Assembly (NCBI GenBank): GCA_934095965.1
Contig: CAKOKR010000001.1
Span: 2,047 to 66,046, forward strand
Length of the DNA: 64,000 nt
Direction: 5' to 3'
DNA from: an uncultured Bacilli bacterium
GTDB taxonomy: Bacteria > Bacillota_I > Bacilli_A > RF39 > UBA660
A model generated the notes under the pieces. That model was not told the origin of the DNA. It did no database searches and saw nothing but the letters and a program-made list of their open reading frames with translations. Within the stretch, counting starts at the first letter, position 1; each line of letters starts with the position of its first letter. Positions 57,883-64,000 of this stretch are shown here, one piece after another. Position numbers and translations under genes: made by a program.

Positions 57883-59039
57883 TGAAGAAGGTTTATATTC
57901 TCTTTATAAGCCTCTTTTTTCTCTATCCAACATCTATTCAAGCAGAAAACTTTGATATAACTGCCAAAAATGCTATTCTTTATAACATTAATGATAATGA
58001 AATATTATATGAAAAATCTGCAGATGAAAAAGTAAGTATAGCAAGCTTGACAAAAATTATGACATCAATCGTAGCAATAGAAAAAATAGAGGATTTAAAT
58101 GCTTACATTACTATAACAAATAAAGACTTCGAAGGAACAAATGGATATTCTAAAGCAGGTTTTAAAGTAAATGACAAAGTAACATACTTAGATTTATTAT
58201 ATGGAATAATTCTTCCCAGCGGAGCAGATGCTGTTAATGCAATTGTAAATAACACATATGGTTATGACGAATTTATTAGTAAAATGAATGAACTAGCTAA
58301 AAAATTAAATTTGACAAACACATCTTTTTCAAATCCAATTGGTAAAGATAGCACCACAAACTATTCAACCGCAAGCAATTTAAGCAAATTATTAACATAC
58401 GCATTAAAAAATAAAACATTTAAAAAAATCTTTACAACAAAAAAATATATTACAACAAATAATATTGAACTAACAAGCACAGTTTTAAGATATGCAAACG
58501 ATTCAATTGATGTAACTCCAATCGCCGGAGCAAAAAGTGGATTCACAAAAGAAGCAGGAAGATGTTTAGCATCACTATATTATAAGGATAATCCATCATT
58601 AATTTTTATTGCAATAAATTCAAGTCAAGAAACATCATCAAGTGCTATCAAAGATACATTATTAGTTTATAATTATTATGAAAAAAACTATAGTAAACAA
58701 TCTATTATAAATGATGATACCAAAATAACAACAATTCCCATAAAATTAAGTAAACAAAAAACATATGAAATCACAGGTAGTGAAAATATCACCAAATATT
58801 TAAAAAATGATAGTAATATAACATATAAATATAATGGGGTAGAGAAAATAGAATTTAATACTAAAAAAGGGACAAAACTTGGAACAGTTTCAATTTACAA
58901 TAATGATAAACTATTAACAACACAAGATGTATACCTTGAAAGTGATATAAATTATTATCAAGTTAAAAATATAGCACTTGTATTGATATCATTATTAATA
59001 CTATTAATCATAATAATAAAAAAGAAGGTGAAAAAATGA
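57882..59039 (+). CDS. D-alanyl-D-alanine carboxypeptidase (peptidase S11, DacA-like) with a C-terminal anchor
   Basis: Signal peptide. SxxK SLTKIM. KTG-like KSGFT. C-terminal TM. Confidence 0.75.
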   Translation: MKKVYILFISLFFLYPTSIQAENFDITAKNAILYNINDNEILYEKSADEKVSIASLTKIMTSIVAIEKIEDLNAYITITNKDFEGTNGYSKAGFKVNDKVTYLDLLYGIILPSGADAVNAIVNNTYGYDEFISKMNELAKKLNLTNTSFSNPIGKDSTTNYSTASNLSKLLTYALKNKTFKKIFTTKKYITTNNIELTSTVLRYANDSIDVTPIAGAKSGFTKEAGRCLASLYYKDNPSLIFIAINSSQETSSSAIKDTLLVYNYYEKNYSKQSIINDDTKITTIPIKLSKQKTYEITGSENITKYLKNDSNITYKYNGVEKIEFNTKKGTKLGTVSIYNNDKLLTTQDVYLESDINYYQVKNIALVLISLLILLIIIIKKKVKK

Positions 59040-59737
59040 TAAATCACATTGCGATAATAGTGGATGGTAACGGAAGATGGGCTCAAGAAAGAGGTTTAAA
59101 AAGAAGTGAAGGACACAAACACGGAGCACAAACTTTAGAAAAAATAATTCTTTATGCAAATGAACACCATCTTACAAATTATTTAAGTTTATATGTTTTT
59201 TCAACAGAAAATTTTAAAAGAAGTGAAGAAGAAGTAAATTATCTAATGGATTTATTTATTAAATGGTTTAATAAAGCAAAAGATAAATATAATAAAGAAA
59301 ACATTAAAGTATTATTTTCAAAAGATGATTCTTTATTAAAACCAGATATAGTAAACAAAATAAATGAATTAGAAAATGCAACTAAGAATAACAATGGTCT
59401 AACAGTTAACTTTTGTCTTTCATACGGAGGAAGAAACGAAATAATTCATGCAACCAAAGAAATAGCCAAAAAAGTAAAGAATAATCTACTTTCAATAGAT
59501 AACATAACCGAAGACTTATTTCAAAAAAATTTATACCAACAACTTCCAGATATTGACCTGTTAATTAGAACCAGCGGAGAACAAAGAATAAGTAACTTCA
59601 TGCTATGGCAATTATCATATGCAGAATTTTTATTCATAGATACATATTTTCCAGACTTCACACCTGAAGACTTGGAAAAAGCAATTAATGAATACCAAAA
59701 AAGAGACCGTCGTTTCGGTCAAATAAAAAAAGGCTAA
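59036..59737 (+). CDS. uppS: Isoprenyl transferase (undecaprenyl-diphosphate synthase)
   Basis: IAIIVDGNGRWA... and ...RTSGEQRISNFMLWQ are cis-IPPS motifs. Confidence 0.9.
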   Translation: MINHIAIIVDGNGRWAQERGLKRSEGHKHGAQTLEKIILYANEHHLTNYLSLYVFSTENFKRSEEEVNYLMDLFIKWFNKAKDKYNKENIKVLFSKDDSLLKPDIVNKINELENATKNNNGLTVNFCLSYGGRNEIIHATKEIAKKVKNNLLSIDNITEDLFQKNLYQQLPDIDLLIRTSGEQRISNFMLWQLSYAEFLFIDTYFPDFTPEDLEKAINEYQKRDRRFGQIKKG

Positions 59738-59747
59738 CCAAGCCTTT

Positions 59748-60464
59748 TTAAAATGGCATAAATTTTAAAGCTAAGTACATACCAAAAGTAACAGCACTTG
59801 CTATAATAAGAATTGTTCTGGTAAATCCAGCCATTCCAAATTTTTGCTTATCTTCTAAGCTCTTTAAGTATTCTTCATTTTCTTTAAACTTACCAAAGTT
59901 TGGATTACTTCTTGTTAAAGTAAGTCCCTGAGATAAACTATTTGTATTTGCATCTTCCATTTCATTTTTATAAGAATTAGCAAGCATTGATAAAGCATCA
60001 TGTTCATCATTAGATTTAATATTTTTAACACCATCAATTATTTTCTTACTTTCAAGCATAGTTTTGATATAATTGTTTATATTTTCGTCACTAGCCATAA
60101 GTCCATCAAACAATTCTTTATTATTTAAATATAAATTATATCTAGTAATAAATCTCTTTATATAATTTTTTATAAAAACAGCTTCTTCATCAGTAATAAT
60201 TAATTTAGATAATAAATTATTTAACAACCCATTTTCATCAGTATTATAATAAAATCCATTTTTTAAATATGTGAAAATATCATCTGGACTCATTGTAAAG
60301 AGTACCGGATTAATTCTACTTAACATATATCCATTTAATCTTATATAATTTCCTTCATAAACTAAAGCATCCATTCCTTGGTCATACTTAAAATTAGCTA
60401 AATTTGGATAGCTTTTTTGAAAATTTGTTAACACTTCATTCAAATTAACTACTTGATTATTCAT
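59748..60464 (-). CDS. Hypothetical protein with a C-terminal TM
   Basis: ORF with RBS. C-terminal hydrophobic tail. Confidence 0.4.
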   Translation of the reverse strand: MNNQVVNLNEVLTNFQKSYPNLANFKYDQGMDALVYEGNYIRLNGYMLSRINPVLFTMSPDDIFTYLKNGFYYNTDENGLLNNLLSKLIITDEEAVFIKNYIKRFITRYNLYLNNKELFDGLMASDENINNYIKTMLESKKIIDGVKNIKSNDEHDALSMLANSYKNEMEDANTNSLSQGLTLTRSNPNFGKFKENEEYLKSLEDKQKFGMAGFTRTILIIASAVTFGMYLALKFMPF

Positions 60465-60677
60465 ATTATCACACTACCTATCATAATAATGATACCAAAA
60501 ATTTACCCAAATAGCAACAGCAACTATGCCAATTTTAAAAATTACCCCCCTTTTTTGCAAAATGAAGCTTCGAAAGTGGGAGAGATATGCAAAAAAAGCC
60601 CCAAAAAAAGACAAATTTGCGGTTTGCTTAATTTTGCTCAATTTGTTAAAGTATTTTCTCGAAAGGAGGAAAGACTC

Positions 60678-61073
60678 ATGAATCATGTAATATTAGTTGG
60701 AAGACTTGCAACTGATCCCATTGTTGAAGAAACATCAACGGGTAAAAAAAGAACATGTGTGAACTTAGCGATTCCCCGCGGCTATCGAAACGCTAATGGA
60801 GTATATGAAACCGATTTTATTCGTATTGTTCTTTGGAATGGCATGGCATCAAATACAAAAGAGTATTGCCATCAAGGTGATATGATTGGTATAAAGGGAA
60901 GAATTCAAAATCGTTCATACGAAATTGAACCTGAAAATAAAGAAGAAAAACCAATAACTAAGTATATCACCGAAGTAATCGCTGAAAAAGTCTCATTCAT
61001 CTCATCAAAAAATAGCATTTCTGAAGATGAAGACAGCGATACAATTGAATCAAACATCATAAATTGCTATTAA
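60678..61073 (+). CDS. Single-stranded DNA-binding protein-like OB-fold protein lacking the canonical acidic DDDIPF tail
   Basis: MNHVILVGRLATDPIVEETSTGKKRTCVNLAIPRGYRN...DFIRIVLWNGMA...GDMIGIKGRIQNRSYE. RBS GAAAGGAGGaaagactcATG. The long ORF from 60453 is rejected. Confidence 0.65.
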   Translation: MNHVILVGRLATDPIVEETSTGKKRTCVNLAIPRGYRNANGVYETDFIRIVLWNGMASNTKEYCHQGDMIGIKGRIQNRSYEIEPENKEEKPITKYITEVIAEKVSFISSKNSISEDEDSDTIESNIINCY

Positions 61074-61161
61074 ATCACTAAATATATTTACATGTGGTAA
61101 AATATTTACAAAAAGACACCAATTTTGTTATACTAAGTCTGAACAGAGATGAGGTGTAATC

Positions 61162-61518
61162 ATGCTAAGAGGTAATAGACTTAAAGAATGTCGTATAAAA
61201 AAAGGCTTAACTCAAGATGAATTAGGATCATTAGTTGGTGTTGGAAAATCAGCAATTTGCTGTTATGAAAAAGAAACACGTAATCCAAGTTTAGAAACAA
61301 TCCTAGAATTTATGACAATTCTTGGTGTATCATCTGACTATCTTCTTGGAGCAGATACTTTAGCAAAAACAACTGCAAACAAAAGAATTGAATATCACAC
61401 AATGACAAAAGAAGAAGTTCAATTCATTAATGAATTACGTAAAGATAAAGTTGTTTATGAAATTTTATTTGCTGATCCAAAAAGAGGCTCAGAATTAGTA
61501 AAAAAACATTTTGGATAA
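61162..61518 (+). CDS. XRE-family HTH regulator
   Basis: GLTQDELGSLVGVGKSAICCYEKETRNPS. Confidence 0.7.
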   Translation: MLRGNRLKECRIKKGLTQDELGSLVGVGKSAICCYEKETRNPSLETILEFMTILGVSSDYLLGADTLAKTTANKRIEYHTMTKEEVQFINELRKDKVVYEILFADPKRGSELVKKHFG

Positions 61519-61581
61519 CATAAAGAAGGTGTTTCTAACATCTTCTTTTTCTATTTTTCATATACTTAACTAGGTGACCAT

Positions 61582-62358
61582 ATGAAAAAAATTCAAATTT
61601 TATCTATATCGATAATAACATTATTCAGCTTCTTTTACACTGAAAAAATATCAAATTTAACATTACAAAAAAATGAAATATATCAAGAAATAACCAAGCA
61701 CTCTAGTGAATATGAAGAAAAATATGTAAATGCAATAATTAATAATGATGAAATAACCCCCGGACTAAACGGCCGGATTGTAAATGTAAAAAATAGTTTT
61801 TACAATATGATTGATTTAAACACTTTTAATTCTTACTACTTACTTTATGATGTTACATATCCCGAGGTATCACTTGAAAAAAACAAAGACAAAATTGTAT
61901 CCCAAGGAAACCCGTTAAAAAATGCAGTGAGCTTCGTTGTAGAAAGTAACAACAATGTAATAGAATATTTTAAAAATAATAATTTAACAATAAGTATCTT
62001 AACTAACTTAGATACATTTAATAAATCCAGTAACTTTGAACAAATAAATAATGAAACAACAAACTTTAACAAACTAGAAAGTTTAATTAACAAATATAGT
62101 AAGAACACAAATATCTGTTACGTTAATAATACCAACAAAGAAATATGTAAAAATCATAAAAAATATTTAGTAAGAACAAACAAAGTATTAAACAATCAAA
62201 CATTTTTAGAAATAAAAAATAACATAGCAAGTGGTGACATTTATTATATTGATAGCACCATTGATACCAAAAATATTCGCATACTTATCAACAGTATTCT
62301 TTATAAAGATTTGGACATAATATCCCTAAGTAACATGATCAGTGAAGAAAAGAATTGA
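61582..62358 (+). CDS. Secreted hypothetical protein
   Basis: Signal peptide KKIQILSISIITLFSFFY. Confidence 0.4.
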   Translation: MKKIQILSISIITLFSFFYTEKISNLTLQKNEIYQEITKHSSEYEEKYVNAIINNDEITPGLNGRIVNVKNSFYNMIDLNTFNSYYLLYDVTYPEVSLEKNKDKIVSQGNPLKNAVSFVVESNNNVIEYFKNNNLTISILTNLDTFNKSSNFEQINNETTNFNKLESLINKYSKNTNICYVNNTNKEICKNHKKYLVRTNKVLNNQTFLEIKNNIASGDIYYIDSTIDTKNIRILINSILYKDLDIISLSNMISEEKN

Positions 62359-62429
62359 TTTAATGTAAGTTTTCTGGTATAATTTATTTACCGAAGAACT
62401 TATTTTTTAAAAAATGAAGGTGATATTAT

Positions 62430-64000
62430 ATGAGTAAAATAAAGATTTTTGGTTTGGGCGGACTTTCTGAAAGTGGAAAGAACTCCTATGTAATAGAAGT
62501 AGATGACGATATTTATGTTTTTGATGCTGGAATAAAATTTGCAAGTGGCAATCTTCTAGGAATTGATTACATAATGCCTGACTTTACTTATCTAGTAAAA
62601 AATAGAAAAAGAATTAAAGGATTATTTATAACCCATGGTCATAGAGAAAACATGGGAGCAGTAGCAGACCTTTTAAAAGATATACCAGAACTTAAGGTAT
62701 ATGCAACAAAATTTACAAAGTTTGAATTAATGGAAGATGGGGTAAATGAACAAAACATTATTTTAATTAAACCTCACAGAAAAATTAATTTTGGCAACAT
62801 CTCAATTTTTCCAATCGCCGTATCTCATTCATGCCCAGATGCTGTAATGTATGTTATAAATACTAAAGATGGAGCAATTTGCTATACTGGTGACTTCATA
62901 ATAGATCCAACAATGCAAGGATCTTATGACATGGACTTAGGAAAAATTGCATATGTAGGTAAACAAGGTGTACTATGTTTATTATGTGAATCATCATTCG
63001 CAGAAAAAAATGGACATACATCTCCAAACCACAGATTAGTAGGTTTCTTCGAAGATGTAATAAAACACCATGACAAAAGAATAATTTTTTCAGTTTTGCC
63101 AACTCATCTATATACAATCGCAGAAATATTTGATGCCGCAGCAAATTCACATCGTAAGATTATTCTAATGGGAAAAAGACTTCAAAACGTTGTAAATTTT
63201 TCAAGCAAAGAAGGTTACTTAAAATTTAATCCAGAAATTCTCGGTGATCTATCAAATATAAATGACGAAAATGCAATTCTTTTAGTCATGGATGATAGAA
63301 CCACACCATATGCAAACATGAATAAGATTTTAAATGGATATGACAAATTTGTAACATTAAAACCAACTGACACAATAGTTTTTGCAGAACCAAGATATGA
63401 TAGCACAGAAAAAGTGTTAGTTAAACTTCAAAATGAATTAGCAAAATTTGGTTGTGATATAGAAACCGTAGCAAAAGACAAAGAAATACTACACCATGCA
63501 TCTCGTGAAGACTTAATGTTAATGATAAAACTTATCAATCCAAAATACTATATGCCGGTAAAAGGTGAATATCGTTACATGGTAAACAATGCAAATTTAG
63601 CAAGTAATCTTGGAATCCCAGACTCAAACATATTATTAAAACAAAATGGTGATGTCGTAACATTTGACCAAGGAAAACTTATAGATAATTTTGCCAGAGT
63701 AAAAGTAAATGATGTTTTAATTGATGGAACAAGTAATGATGATATCGGTGACTTAGTTATCAAAGATAGAGAAATGCTATCAGAAAATGGAATAGTATTA
63801 ATCAGTGCAACTGTAGATAAAAATGACAAAGTATTAATTGTAGGTCCTGAAGTAACAACTCGTGGATTCATCTATGTAAAAGATTCAGCAGATATGATCA
63901 AGGAAATTAAAGTAATCTGTGAATCAATAATAAACAGAAATATAACTCCAAAATATATTGATTTCAATCAAATAAAAATAGAAATTCGTGAAGAATTAAG
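62430..64000 (+). CDS. Ribonuclease J family (metallo-beta-lactamase / beta-CASP), 5' partial. Motif II reads HGHREN instead of HGHEDH.
   Basis: MSKIKIFGLGGLSESGKNSYVIEV, ...LFITHGHRENMGAV... and a beta-CASP region. RBS GAAGGTGAtattatATG. Runs off the window end. Confidence 0.8.
   Translation, partial: MSKIKIFGLGGLSESGKNSYVIEVDDDIYVFDAGIKFASGNLLGIDYIMPDFTYLVKNRKRIKGLFITHGHRENMGAVADLLKDIPELKVYATKFTKFELMEDGVNEQNIILIKPHRKINFGNISIFPIAVSHSCPDAVMYVINTKDGAICYTGDFIIDPTMQGSYDMDLGKIAYVGKQGVLCLLCESSFAEKNGHTSPNHRLVGFFEDVIKHHDKRIIFSVLPTHLYTIAEIFDAAANSHRKIILMGKRLQNVVNFSSKEGYLKFNPEILGDLSNINDENAILLVMDDRTTPYANMNKILNGYDKFVTLKPTDTIVFAEPRYDSTEKVLVKLQNELAKFGCDIETVAKDKEILHHASREDLMLMIKLINPKYYMPVKGEYRYMVNNANLASNLGIPDSNILLKQNGDVVTFDQGKLIDNFARVKVNDVLIDGTSNDDIGDLVIKDREMLSENGIVLISATVDKNDKVLIVGPEVTTRGFIYVKDSADMIKEIKVICESIINRNITPKYIDFNQIKIEIREEL

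Noticed and set aside
1-64000. CRISPR array or cas genes to go with the HEPN protein
   Set aside because: No regularly spaced direct repeats with spacers were seen anywhere in the window. The only short tandem repeats are coding: the Cys peptide, the GGNAQG repeat and the S/T runs.
1-64000. UGA-as-Trp recoding (Mollicutes-like), given the very low GC
   Set aside because: Many well-supported genes terminate at TGA, for example the DUF1848 copies at 968 and 4989. Conserved proteins read through correctly with the standard code.

Overview
This is low-GC (about 27-30% GC) chromosomal DNA of Firmicutes type: TGA is a stop codon, ribosome-binding sites are AGGAGG-like, and terminators are rho-independent. 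About two thirds of the window is housekeeping backbone. Backbone genes include tRNA-Thr, rlmB-sigH-secE-nusG, uvrA, lgt, trxB, mazEF-gltX-cysS-dacA-uppS, an ssb-like gene, the start of RNase J, an MMPL transporter, a sulfonate/NMT1-type ABC importer, TetR and HD proteins, and a TIGR01212 radical SAM protein.

Three accessory regions stand out.

1. Positions 393-6725 hold a defence-island-like cassette. It contains a UvrD-family helicase with an embedded PD-(D/E)xK-like module, a small metallophosphoesterase, a DUF1848 Cys-cluster protein and a 560-aa protein with two Rx4H (HEPN-like) motifs. The cassette is bracketed by an imperfect ~530-bp direct repeat, which is a truncated second copy of the 3' half of the DUF1848 gene.

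2. Positions 6954-10213 hold a run of small orphan genes. Among them are a 52-aa peptide built from (C-x-C-E-x) pentapeptide repeats, with 18 Cys, an XRE regulator, and a 21-aa hydrophobic micro-ORF with a perfect Shine-Dalgarno sequence.

3. Positions 33410-45830 hold a 15-gene operon on one strand that looks like a Gram-positive Tad/Flp (type IVc) pilus or secretion locus. It encodes two CpaB-like proteins, a CpaF/TadA ATPase, TadB- and TadC-like proteins, two Flp-like pilins, two pseudopilin-like proteins and a TadZ-like protein with a degenerate P-loop. It has no prepilin peptidase. It also carries a 1138-aa Cys-rich secreted protein and a pair of small 2-TM proteins with Cys tails.

Other oddities: the MMPL gene is fused in frame to a signal-peptide-bearing extracytoplasmic domain. 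The 5' end and promoter of the ABC substrate-binding-protein gene are duplicated as a decayed fragment. The GT2-TPR gene lacks a canonical start codon. mazEF sits in the gltX-cysS operon. There are several palindromic operator-like sites.

No CRISPR array, rRNA or obvious transposase was seen. All functional assignments rest on motifs recognised by eye and need HMM or BLAST confirmation.
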